The notes under the pieces are model-generated. The model did no database searches, was not told the DNA's origin, and was given only the letters and a program-made list of their open reading frames with translations. This document shows positions 54,269 through 63,127 of a stretch of DNA of 64,000 nucleotides, one piece after another. Both the position numbers and the translations under genes were made by a program. Each line of letters begins with the position of its first letter. Position 1 is the stretch's first letter. The DNA is from Bacteroidota bacterium (GTDB lineage: Bacteria > Bacteroidota > Ignavibacteria > UBA10030). The DNA lies in contig JBBEEC010000048.1 in NCBI GenBank assembly GCA_040880975.1, positions 23,064 to 87,063 on the forward strand, in the 5' to 3' direction.

Positions 54269-55201
54269 TCAGGTCTTTTGAAGTAATTCCAGTGCAAGAA
54301 GGGCCGCGCGCCGCTGAAGCTCTTGTATGCTGGCACTGCTGTACCAGGCGATGTGACTTGTCGCAATGGCATTCGGCAGAGTCAGGAACTTATGGCCGGC
54401 CGAAAGCGGCTCCTGCTCAAAAACATCAAGCGCCGCGCCGGCAATAACTCCGCTTTGTAATGCCTCGACAACCGCATCCAGATCCACCAATCCTCCCCGA
54501 CTCGTATTGACGAGAATTGCCGTTGATTTCATCTGCCGGAGGGTCGATGCGTTGATCAGATGCCGGGTTTTTTCGTTAAGCGGGCAATGCAGGCTGATCA
54601 CATCGGATTCCCTTATGATCCGGTCGAACGCCGCGGGAGCTGCTCCCGATTGCCGAAGGTCGGATTCCGGCACAACCGGATCCGACACCAACACCGTCAT
54701 TCCGAAAGCCCTTGCCCGCCCAGCCACCAACCTGCCGATCCGTCCAAATCCGACCAGCCCGAGCACACTTTGCCGCAAAGGGAGCAAGGCAAGCGGGGGA
54801 GTTATCTTCCACGTCCCTTCCTTGAGACGCTGAAACACACTCACCACCTGACGTTGAGCGGCGAGCACAAGCGCCATCGTGTGGTCGGCCACCTCATCGA
54901 CACAATAGTCCGGAACATTCCGGACGGGAATGCCCTTCTTCCGGGCTTCTTCAAGATCGATGTTATCCAATCCGATGCCGTACCGTACGATACCCTTGCA
55001 GCGGCTCATGGCAGCCATGGCAGTTGCCCTTACAGGGGCCCACTGCGCCATCACGACATCGGCCTCCGCGACAACCCGAGCGACATCTTCCTCGGATTTG
55101 CATTGGTACTCAAGAAGCTCAACACCCTTTCCCTCGAAGACACTTCGTTCAGGATCAAGCGTGGGAAATCCCCAATCTGTGATGACGATCTTTGCGCTCA
55201 T
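54269..55201 (-). CDS. D-isomer-specific 2-hydroxyacid dehydrogenase family
   Basis: GLVGFGRIGR NAD motif, and the R/E/H catalytic context (NTSRG...E...SHIAW). Confidence 0.85.
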   Translation of the reverse strand: MSAKIVITDWGFPTLDPERSVFEGKGVELLEYQCKSEEDVARVVAEADVVMAQWAPVRATAMAAMSRCKGIVRYGIGLDNIDLEEARKKGIPVRNVPDYCVDEVADHTMALVLAAQRQVVSVFQRLKEGTWKITPPLALLPLRQSVLGLVGFGRIGRLVAGRARAFGMTVLVSDPVVPESDLRQSGAAPAAFDRIIRESDVISLHCPLNEKTRHLINASTLRQMKSTAILVNTSRGGLVDLDAVVEALQSGVIAGAALDVFEQEPLSAGHKFLTLPNAIATSHIAWYSSASIQELQRRAALLALELLQKT

Positions 55202-55941
55202 TTGAGATAGTCATGGACAACAGTCCCCTCGACGAGGGTAAAATCAGCTTTCCAATAAAGCCCCAGCCCATGTTCAATCACGGGAAGTTTGAAAACCGGT
55301 GCCTGTGCATTCGGCCGCAACTCCACCGTGCAAGGCCCGATCCAGCTTTCATGGACACGCACATCCGTTAGACTCCGGCTCGTTATTTGTCTGATGGCAG
55401 TGGTTCCGTCAATGTGTGAAACAACCTTGTAGTTCAGATTTATTCCAAAATCGAACGTCTCATTCTTGAATTCTTCGATTGTCCCCCGTTGCTGTTTGTA
55501 GGCCATGGTCCCTGTGACGATGTCAATCCCATTTCTCTTAACAGTTCCGACCAGCAGATCGCCGCGGGTCTCAACGCCGGCGTCCGCATACTTCTTTGGC
55601 TGACCATGCACTTCTCTTCCATGTGCGAGCCCGACATCACTGTTCAAGAACAGATACGGAGAGTATCCCCCGCGGGCCTTTTTGGAAATTTCCGCACCGA
55701 TCATCACATTGCATTCGCCGTACTTCCCAAGCCATTCCACGTCGTTCATGTTATAGATGTGAATCACAACCTGATCTCCCGTCGCCTGTAGCGGAGGAGG
55801 GAGCAACGCGCTGATTGCTTCCCGGCTTGTTCTGTAGGACAGGGTCAGAACTTCTATATTCCGAAAGGTGAAAGGAAACTCGGGGACGAGGGGAGCGTCC
55901 CAGGGCGTGGACAATGTATCTTTGGGGTTGCGGGATTTCAT
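55198..55941 (-). CDS. acetoacetate decarboxylase (ADC) family protein
   Basis: 247 aa. N-terminal P..P.FPF.FRN.E.L...YRT pattern typical of the ADC fold, judged by eye. Confidence 0.6.
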   Translation of the reverse strand: MKSRNPKDTLSTPWDAPLVPEFPFTFRNIEVLTLSYRTSREAISALLPPPLQATGDQVVIHIYNMNDVEWLGKYGECNVMIGAEISKKARGGYSPYLFLNSDVGLAHGREVHGQPKKYADAGVETRGDLLVGTVKRNGIDIVTGTMAYKQQRGTIEEFKNETFDFGINLNYKVVSHIDGTTAIRQITSRSLTDVRVHESWIGPCTVELRPNAQAPVFKLPVIEHGLGLYWKADFTLVEGTVVHDYLK

Positions 55942-56696
55942 GAACGGTTCTCCGGATTCAATCTCGGTGCTCCGGCCGGGGCTTGTTTGCCCACACGTTC
56001 GTAATACTCAGCCGGGATCTTCTTGGGATCCTTGTAGATGTACCAGACACAGGCATCTTCTGCTTTTTCAGGGTACTCGGTGATTCGCATGGGATGGCCG
56101 TAATTCTCGATCGCAAGGATCTCGTTCACCATGGAACAGTGCGCGCAATAGTGACAGACTTTTTCCTTCCCCCAGGAAAGAGGCCCGGCTTTCTTCGTAT
56201 AGCCAAAGAGTTCGGGGCGGGGTTCCTTGCCGCTCTCCACGCGCTGGCGTGCGACTCCTCCGCTTCCGCACGGATCGAGCCGGAGGACATAACGGTCCTT
56301 CTCTTCCGTGATCCCGATATCTCCCTGACGATCTTTTCCCATCAAGTGCCCGCGCAGGCCTTCCACGGTGAGCTGAAGTTGCGTTTTGACATCACTCGCC
56401 ATCACTTTGTCATATCGGGCTTTGTAATAGCTGCCGAGAACCGACCGCATGGCTTTCTCAAGCTCCGCTTCACCGAAGTGCTCGGCGATATAGGTGAAGA
56501 AAGACCAGGACCAGTTCACATACATATCATGAACGACCTGCCATTCGAGCCGTGCATATTCGGCGATCTTCTTCGCTTCCGCGATATCCCCGCGATCCAT
56601 GGCATCATACGCTTGTTTGAGCGTCGATATCCCAACTTCCTGCGGCTCATCGTGTCGCAGGTCTCGGCTAATGAGAGGAGAGTGTTTGATATTCAT
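55938..56696 (-). CDS. 252-aa hypothetical protein with a CHYCAHC motif
   Basis: ORF with an ATGA overlap to the ADC-like gene. A CxxCxxC cluster plus one distal Cys. No family recognised. Confidence 0.55.
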   Translation of the reverse strand: MNIKHSPLISRDLRHDEPQEVGISTLKQAYDAMDRGDIAEAKKIAEYARLEWQVVHDMYVNWSWSFFTYIAEHFGEAELEKAMRSVLGSYYKARYDKVMASDVKTQLQLTVEGLRGHLMGKDRQGDIGITEEKDRYVLRLDPCGSGGVARQRVESGKEPRPELFGYTKKAGPLSWGKEKVCHYCAHCSMVNEILAIENYGHPMRITEYPEKAEDACVWYIYKDPKKIPAEYYERVGKQAPAGAPRLNPENRS

Positions 56697-56701
56697 GGGT
56701 T

Positions 56702-56729
56702 GGTTTCAGGTTTCAGGTTTCAGGTTTCC
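56702..56729. repeat. heptamer microsatellite (GGTTTCA)x3 + GGTTTCC; a further 1.7 units at 56823..56834
   Basis: Read directly. It lies immediately upstream (minus sense) of the ATG at 56696. The two tracts bracket repeat-element copy B. Confidence 0.8.
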
Positions 56730-56822
56730 CGCCCGAACGACCGCATGAGATTCAATCTCGTTCGGTCGCCCGCCCGAACGACTGTGAAGAGCTATCATCG
56801 TTCAGTCGGGCGGGGGCGGGCA
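56728..56822 (-). repeat. GC-rich ~95-bp intergenic repeat element, copy B (inverted relative to copy A)
   Basis: Contains a 14-mer direct repeat CCCGCCCGAACGAC (56728..56741 and 56769..56782). Also a 31-nt near-palindrome CGACCGCATGAGATT-C-AATCTCGTTCGGTCG (56738..56768) and CGGGCGGGGGCGGGCA (56807..56822). Flanked by identical 13-mers CAGGTTTCAGGTT (56714..56726 and 56821..56833). Confidence 0.65.
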
Positions 56823-56860
56823 GGTTTCAGGTTCTTGATCTTCTCTCCCACGAATTGGCA

Positions 56861-57646
56861 CTAGCTATTGAGCATAAATCCGCCGCACACATTGATCTCC
56901 TGCCCATTAATAAACGATCCTTTCTCGGAAGCCAGGAAAACAATGAGATTTGCCACGTCCGCCGTCGTTCCTATCTTCCCCAGGGGCGTTTGTTGTTTCC
57001 ATTGTTCCCAGAACTCCTTCGGCTCTTTGCCGGTAATGGACTTCAGTCCCTTGAAATTCACTTCCCACATGGACGTGTCGATGGGGCCGGGGCAGACGGT
57101 GTTTACTGCCACATTCCGTGATCCGTATGCAAGGGTAAGAGACTCGGTGATGCTCTTGACCGCCGATTTGGAAGCGGCATAGTGGGCAGACAACGCGCGC
57201 CCCTTCCTCCCGGCATTGGAGCCCATGTTGATGATGCGGCCTCCGCGGGGACTCTTCATCGACTCTGCAGCATCCACCGCAATGAAATACAGCGCCCTGA
57301 CATTTACGTCCATGATATCGTTGTATTCTTCTTCCGATACCTCTGCCATTTTCGTGAAGTAACAGACGCCGGCTGCATTCACGACAATATCGATGTACCC
57401 GGCCTGTTTGAGTGCCTCAGGAACAACGGATCGAACTTCAGTCATATGTTGCAGGTTCTTCAACAATCCGATATGACTGGCTGCCACCGGTTTCAAAGAA
57501 CTGATCGCTTCTTTAAGTTTCCCTTCATTTCGATCGACCCCGACGATACGGCAGCCCAACCCCGAAAGCTGGCGCGCTGTTTCAAGTCCGATTCCGCCGC
57601 CGATGCCGGTGACAAGAGCTGTTTTCTTTTCGAATTCAGTACTCAC
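56861..57646 (-). CDS. short-chain dehydrogenase/reductase (SDR)
   Basis: Motifs TGIGGGIG, NAAG and YAASK. Confidence 0.9.
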   Translation of the reverse strand: MSTEFEKKTALVTGIGGGIGLETARQLSGLGCRIVGVDRNEGKLKEAISSLKPVAASHIGLLKNLQHMTEVRSVVPEALKQAGYIDIVVNAAGVCYFTKMAEVSEEEYNDIMDVNVRALYFIAVDAAESMKSPRGGRIINMGSNAGRKGRALSAHYAASKSAVKSITESLTLAYGSRNVAVNTVCPGPIDTSMWEVNFKGLKSITGKEPKEFWEQWKQQTPLGKIGTTADVANLIVFLASEKGSFINGQEINVCGGFMLNS

Positions 57647-58437
57647 GCAATGACTCCTTTTAAATGACGCTCCATGACAAGCGGATCATACAACGGAATG
57701 ACGATATCCGTTTCTCTCTTCAATTTCGCAAACAAGCGATAATGTTCTTCCAACGATTCTGAGAGCCCCAGCGGGATCTTTTCTTCATAATTTCGGTACT
57801 TAAAAACCGCGTCCGTAAAGCCGACGCGCCCCTTTGCGCTCTGGACAACGAACGTCATGCTCGACCGGTGATGAGCGCCGCAAAACCATGACCGGATCCC
57901 CGGCAGGAACTCGACTTCCTCATCCGGCAGGAGGTTCAATCGGTCCGCGCCTTTTGATTGCAGCCATTGCAGAACGTGATCCGGAAAGACAATGTGCTTC
58001 GGCAACTGGGGGATTTCGAGATCCGGAGTGTTGAAATCAGCCCACCCGCGCCGCGAAACCCAGATGCGTGATTTTGGAAACTGGTCAAGTCCACCCGTCG
58101 CGTACGATGTCAACGGAGTGACCAGGACATCAGTGATATCCTCCGGTGAAAGGTCCGCATTCTTCAGTGCATTGACGATCCACTGTTCTTCGGACACGAC
58201 GGGAACATGACCTTCTTCTCCCGTCGCCGACTTTGCCCACGTCGTCCAATGTTGGTGAAGGGCTGAATAATCCTGCGGAAATCCTGTATTGATCAACACC
58301 TTCCGATCGGCATTCTCGATCAGGATCGCCCAAAATGTCAGCGGTTCCCATCCGTACAATTTCGTCATCCAGTAGAGTTCAGCACAGGGGACCTTCGTCT
58401 CGCCCATGCTCAAAGCACGTATGGAATATGGTTTCAT
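57643..58437 (-). CDS. 264-aa hypothetical protein, possibly a degenerate metallo-beta-lactamase fold
   Basis: Layout resembles lactonase-type MBL proteins. However, the position expected for HxHxDH reads INTGFPQD. ATGA overlaps on both sides. Confidence 0.35.
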   Translation of the reverse strand: MKPYSIRALSMGETKVPCAELYWMTKLYGWEPLTFWAILIENADRKVLINTGFPQDYSALHQHWTTWAKSATGEEGHVPVVSEEQWIVNALKNADLSPEDITDVLVTPLTSYATGGLDQFPKSRIWVSRRGWADFNTPDLEIPQLPKHIVFPDHVLQWLQSKGADRLNLLPDEEVEFLPGIRSWFCGAHHRSSMTFVVQSAKGRVGFTDAVFKYRNYEEKIPLGLSESLEEHYRLFAKLKRETDIVIPLYDPLVMERHLKGVIA

Positions 58438-59201
58438 AATTGAGCGTTCCAGCCTCCGTCCACGTGCACCGTGGACCCGTTGACATAGTCTGCTTCTTTG
58501 CTGGCTAAAAACAAGACTGCAGATTTCATATCGCCCGGCTTGCCCAGCCGGCCGACGGAAACATGCGAAGGCAGCCAGGATTTGACCGACGCCTCATCAC
58601 GGGATTGTACGTCGTTGATGTCCGTATGCATCCATCCGGGAGCGATGCAATTGACCGTAATTCCGTATGCACCCAATTCAATCGCCATCCCCATGGCAAG
58701 GATGTGCAATCCGCCCTTCGTCGCGCAATAATGCGTTTGTGTCGCATTGGACCGAAAAGCGCCGATGCTCGTCGTAAAGAGAATCCGGCCACCGTTCCCC
58801 GCCTTGACCATAAGCTTCGCCGCCGATTGCGTGACGTAGAAACCGCCGTTGAAATTCGTATCGATGTGCGCCCGCCAGTTCTCATCGTCGATTTCCAGAA
58901 ATGGAGTGAACCGGCAGATCCCTGCATTACTGTGGACAATGGCGAGGCCGCTCAGGAGGTCAGCCGCTTTGGAGACCATGGCGCGGGCGGCGGCGGCATT
59001 TCCCGCATCGGCATCGATCTCGAACACTTTGCGGCCTGTGCTTGCTTTCAACCGATCGCACTCCTTGCGCGCTTTGGCAGAGTCGCCGTGGTGGTTGATC
59101 ACCACATCACAGCCGGCCTCCGCCAACGCCTCGGCGCTCGCAAGTCCCAGACCCCTTGACCCGCCCGTGACGAGGGCAGTGGTACCAAACGGGTGGAGCA
59201 T
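58434..59201 (-). CDS. short-chain dehydrogenase/reductase (SDR)
   Basis: Motifs TGGSRGLG, SNAG and YCATK. Confidence 0.9.
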   Translation of the reverse strand: MLHPFGTTALVTGGSRGLGLASAEALAEAGCDVVINHHGDSAKARKECDRLKASTGRKVFEIDADAGNAAAARAMVSKAADLLSGLAIVHSNAGICRFTPFLEIDDENWRAHIDTNFNGGFYVTQSAAKLMVKAGNGGRILFTTSIGAFRSNATQTHYCATKGGLHILAMGMAIELGAYGITVNCIAPGWMHTDINDVQSRDEASVKSWLPSHVSVGRLGKPGDMKSAVLFLASKEADYVNGSTVHVDGGWNAQL

Positions 59202-59232
59202 CGTCCTCTCCTTCAGGAATTACGGTGAAACT

Positions 59233-61131
59233 TCATTCGGAATATTGCGCTGCACTTCGAATTTCTGATTTCTTCCCAAAGTACCACATCAAACTTCCAA
59301 ACACGACCATGATCGCTATCATAACTCCCAGGATCATCCTCTCGTCCGTTTCGATATCGGTGAAGAGTATCAGGCCCATGAGGAGGCCCATGACGATGGT
59401 GGTTGCTCCCACGAGGGGAAACGTCGAGATTTGCTTCTTCCCGGCGCCGAATACTTCTTTAGCGACATCCACAGGCGTATCGAGCTTCCGGAAGAACTCC
59501 TCAACGGCCTTTCGTTGCTCATCTGTTTCCAAAGAGAAGAGCCGGGAGAAACCGAACAGACTCAGTCCAAGCGCAAGGGCACTGATGAGGGCCAGCGGTA
59601 CCGTGAAGGCCGTTGGTTCGATAATAATGGTATTCAGGAACAGTGCGGCTGCTGCGGCAGTGACGCCAAGGCTGATCACCCCAAGCCTCGCCCTGTTTGC
59701 GATGTAGAGTCTCCCCAGGGCAGGAGCGGCGACGAAGATCCCAAACGTCATGACAAAGGCGAGATATACTTGCGGGCCGATATCCCATCCCAGGATGTAT
59801 CGCGCCGTGATCCCGATAATGAGACCCCAGGTAATTGCTGCCACTGCGCCCCACTTCGGAACCCGCCGGAAGATCAATCCGAACGCTGTTGGTACGACAA
59901 CAGGAATATTCAGAAGGGTGAAGAACGCCTGCATGAGATTGAACAGTCCGAATTGGCTCGTCACGAACACAACAGCGAGCCCCGTCACGATCAGTCCAAT
60001 ACAGATCGAGAATATCCGGCCGACTTTCAACATAGCCTGGTCCGTCATGTCGGGTTTAAACAAACTCTGGTAAATATCTCTTGTCATGATCGACGATACC
60101 ATGTTGTACACCGAGCTTAACGCGCTCATCGTTGCCGCCAGCATCGCCGCGAGGAAGACGCCGATCAGCCCATTCGGAAGAAGTTTGAGACACAAAGCCA
60201 CAAACACCAGGTCTTGCGGGTTATTGCCGATGTAGGGTTGAAAGAATTCGACCTGCGTCAGGTCCGGCCAGAGGACGCTTGCCACGAGGGGCGGAATCCC
60301 AAAGACAAAAGGCACCGTGAGGAACAATGCACCGGCAAACTTGCCCACGCGTTTGGCGTCAAATTCGTCTTTCACGCTGTAGAACCGTTGTGCGCCGCCT
60401 GCGGCAGTGCCAAGGGACATGATGATGAAGATGGAGACCAGCCAGTGCTCAGTGTAATGCACCCCGTTATAGTTGTGTTCGAGCGTCAACGCCGGGAGCG
60501 CATCGATGAGATTGCCGAAACCGCCGACAAGGTTCAGAGAAAGTGGCATGACGATGAACGTGATGCTCAGCAGGATGACCCCCTGCACGACGTCTGTGAT
60601 GGATACCGCCCACAGGCCTCCGAGAAATGTGTAGAGGAGAATAACGATTCCGGTCACCAGGGTCACCATGACAATATCGAGGCCCATCACCGGAGCGATG
60701 AGTTTGCACGTCGCAGCGAGCTGAACGCCGGCAGAAAGAGTGAAGTTCGTTGCGATCACCCAGCTCAGGAATTGCTGAGTCGTCACATTGAAGCGGGTGT
60801 GGGTGTATTCCACCGGAGAAATGGACCGGGTGCGGCGCCACTTTGCCGCCGTGATCTGTGATCCGACATAATAAGAAACAGACCAGGTGGCAAAATAGAG
60901 GATGGCGAACCAGCCTGTCGCATAGGCGAAACCGGCTGCGCCGGTGAATGTCCATGCGCTGAAATTTGCCATATACAGGGTCATGCCGGAAACCCACCAC
61001 GGGATCATGTTCCCCCCTGCGAAATAATCCCTTCCGCCCTTGTTCACCTTCATGAAGTAGAATCCGATCCCAAGCATAAAAACGAAATATGCCGCAATGA
61101 CAAGGTAATCGTAGATGTTGACGGCTTTCAT
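59233..61131 (-). CDS. sodium:solute symporter family transporter (tandem paralog 1)
   Basis: 632 aa, multi-helix, colinear with 61176..63083 along the whole length. Confidence 0.85.
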   Translation of the reverse strand: MKAVNIYDYLVIAAYFVFMLGIGFYFMKVNKGGRDYFAGGNMIPWWVSGMTLYMANFSAWTFTGAAGFAYATGWFAILYFATWSVSYYVGSQITAAKWRRTRSISPVEYTHTRFNVTTQQFLSWVIATNFTLSAGVQLAATCKLIAPVMGLDIVMVTLVTGIVILLYTFLGGLWAVSITDVVQGVILLSITFIVMPLSLNLVGGFGNLIDALPALTLEHNYNGVHYTEHWLVSIFIIMSLGTAAGGAQRFYSVKDEFDAKRVGKFAGALFLTVPFVFGIPPLVASVLWPDLTQVEFFQPYIGNNPQDLVFVALCLKLLPNGLIGVFLAAMLAATMSALSSVYNMVSSIMTRDIYQSLFKPDMTDQAMLKVGRIFSICIGLIVTGLAVVFVTSQFGLFNLMQAFFTLLNIPVVVPTAFGLIFRRVPKWGAVAAITWGLIIGITARYILGWDIGPQVYLAFVMTFGIFVAAPALGRLYIANRARLGVISLGVTAAAAALFLNTIIIEPTAFTVPLALISALALGLSLFGFSRLFSLETDEQRKAVEEFFRKLDTPVDVAKEVFGAGKKQISTFPLVGATTIVMGLLMGLILFTDIETDERMILGVMIAIMVVFGSLMWYFGKKSEIRSAAQYSE

Positions 61132-61175
61132 GGAAGAGCCCAGGGTAGTTGAGGGTTAATGTGGGATGTTCAATG

Positions 61176-63083
61176 TTATTCTATTGAATACCGACTCGCA
61201 TCGCGAATTTCTGATTTCTTTCCAAAATACCACATCGCTCCCCCAAAACAAATCAACAGAAAGATGATCGTGCCGAGAATAAGTTCTTCCCCTTTCGTCA
61301 GTTCCGTCAGGAAGATCAACGTCATGAGGAGTCCCATACCGATCACCGTTGCACCGACAAGCGGAAAGGTCGAGACCTGTTTCTTCCCCTGTCCGAACAC
61401 CTCCTTCGCAACATCGATCGGCGTGTCGAGTTTCTTGTAAAATTCATCCAGCACCTGCTTTTCCTCCGGCGTCTGGGATGCAAAAAGTCGCGCAAAAGCA
61501 AAGAGACTCAAACCCAGGCCCGCCCCCGCCCCATAACCGAAGACGAGTTGAATCGTTGTGAGTTCTGCCACTGCCGTACCGGTAAACAGCCAACTGAGCA
61601 GGGCTGCCAAACCAACGCTCAAAACCCCGAGCACAGGTTTGTTGTTCTCGTAGAGCCGGCCTGTCCAGTGCGATGTCACGAAGACCCCGAACGTCATGAC
61701 AAAAGCCAGATAGACCTGCGGCCCGATGTCCCACCCGAGAATGTACCGGGTTACTCCTCCGGTTACCAATCCCCAGGTAATTGCCGCTGCACCGGACCAC
61801 CGGGGAACATGACGGAATATCAGTCCGAAGGCCGTTGGAACGGTGACGGGTGTGTTGAACAGAACAAAGAAGGCCACGAGCAGATTAAAGATGCCGAACT
61901 CACTGTTCACAAAAAACACGGCAAGGCCGGTGACAATGAGTCCACACACGATGGATAAGACACGGCCAATCTTCAGGAGTTCCTGATCAGTCGTGTTGGG
62001 CCGGAACACACCCTGATAGACATCCCGGGAAAGAATGGACGAGACCAGGTTGTAGACGGAACTCAGTGTGCTCATTGTCGCCGCAAGCATCGCTGCCAGA
62101 AAGACCCCGATGAGTCCATTGGGAAGAATGCGCATGCACATCCCAAGATACACCAAGTCCTGGGGATTGCTGTCAGCGTACGGCTTGAAAAACTCCACTT
62201 GCGAAAGGTCCGGCCATATCACTTTGGCAACAAGCGGTGGAATTCCAAACACGATCGGCCCTGTTAACGCCATGGCTCCGGCCAACCAGCCTACCTTTCT
62301 GGCGTCTTTCTCATCCTTCACGGAATAGAACCGCTGAGCTCCGCCTGCCGCGAAACCGACTGACGAGATAACAAAAATCGAAATCAACCAATGCTCATCG
62401 TAGTGGACGCCGTTGTAATCGTGCTCAAAAGCAATCGCCGGGAGACTTTCGATCAATACATCAAATCCGCCCACCAAATAAAGGCTTGCAGGAACAACGA
62501 TTGCGACGGTCGCAAGCAGAATAACACCCTGGAGCGTGTCTGTCACGACTACGCCCCATAATCCGCCCAGGAATGAATACGTGAGAATGACAATGCCCGT
62601 GATCAGCACCACCGCCGTAATGTCAAATCCAAACACTGGTGCCAGGAGTTTCGACGTGGAGGCAAGTTGGACACCTGCCGAGAGTGTAAAATTGACTGCG
62701 ATGACCCAGCCAATCAGTTGCCGTGTAACCCCGTTGTAGCGCGTGTAGGTATATTCGATCGGTGAAATCGATCGTGACCTGCGCCAAAGCGCAGCGGTCA
62801 TTGCACTCCCAACCCAGTACGCAAAGCCGCCAATCCCGAAATAGATCAGCGCGAACCATCCGACCGAATACGCAAACCCGGCACCTCCGGTGAAGATCCA
62901 CACGCTGAAGTTCGTCATGTACAGGGACATGCCGGAAACCCACCAGGGAAGCATATTCCCGCCGGCAAAAAAATCCTTGCCGCCTTTGCTCACCCTGGAG
63001 TAATACACTCCGACCGCAAGCATAAACGCCATGTAAACACCCACGACAATCAGGTCGTAGATGTTGATTGTGCTCATCCGCAT
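61176..63083 (-). CDS. sodium:solute symporter family transporter (tandem paralog 2)
   Basis: 635 aa. Shares long identical stretches with paralog 1 (FAGGNM.PWWVSGM.LYM.NFS.W.FTG.AGFAY, GGAQRFYSVKDE, YFGKKSEIR). Confidence 0.85.
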   Translation of the reverse strand: MRMSTINIYDLIVVGVYMAFMLAVGVYYSRVSKGGKDFFAGGNMLPWWVSGMSLYMTNFSVWIFTGGAGFAYSVGWFALIYFGIGGFAYWVGSAMTAALWRRSRSISPIEYTYTRYNGVTRQLIGWVIAVNFTLSAGVQLASTSKLLAPVFGFDITAVVLITGIVILTYSFLGGLWGVVVTDTLQGVILLATVAIVVPASLYLVGGFDVLIESLPAIAFEHDYNGVHYDEHWLISIFVISSVGFAAGGAQRFYSVKDEKDARKVGWLAGAMALTGPIVFGIPPLVAKVIWPDLSQVEFFKPYADSNPQDLVYLGMCMRILPNGLIGVFLAAMLAATMSTLSSVYNLVSSILSRDVYQGVFRPNTTDQELLKIGRVLSIVCGLIVTGLAVFFVNSEFGIFNLLVAFFVLFNTPVTVPTAFGLIFRHVPRWSGAAAITWGLVTGGVTRYILGWDIGPQVYLAFVMTFGVFVTSHWTGRLYENNKPVLGVLSVGLAALLSWLFTGTAVAELTTIQLVFGYGAGAGLGLSLFAFARLFASQTPEEKQVLDEFYKKLDTPIDVAKEVFGQGKKQVSTFPLVGATVIGMGLLMTLIFLTELTKGEELILGTIIFLLICFGGAMWYFGKKSEIRDASRYSIE

Positions 63084-63127
63084 GGTATCAGGGCCTCGTT
63101 ATGAGTGATCGGGGCATGTTAGATGCA

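Noticed and set aside
56805-56830. The G-run GGGCGGGGGCGGGCAGG (and its complement in copy A) as a G-quadruplex.
   Set aside because: Only three clear G3+ tracts plus a GG, so at best a weak two-tetrad structure. The repeat-element interpretation explains the sequence better.
56697-56860. A sigma70 promoter or intrinsic terminator inside the 164-nt gap containing element copy B.
   Set aside because: I could not find a convincing -35/-10 pair or a stem-loop followed by a U-tract on the minus strand. Read-through or element-dependent control cannot be distinguished from the sequence alone.
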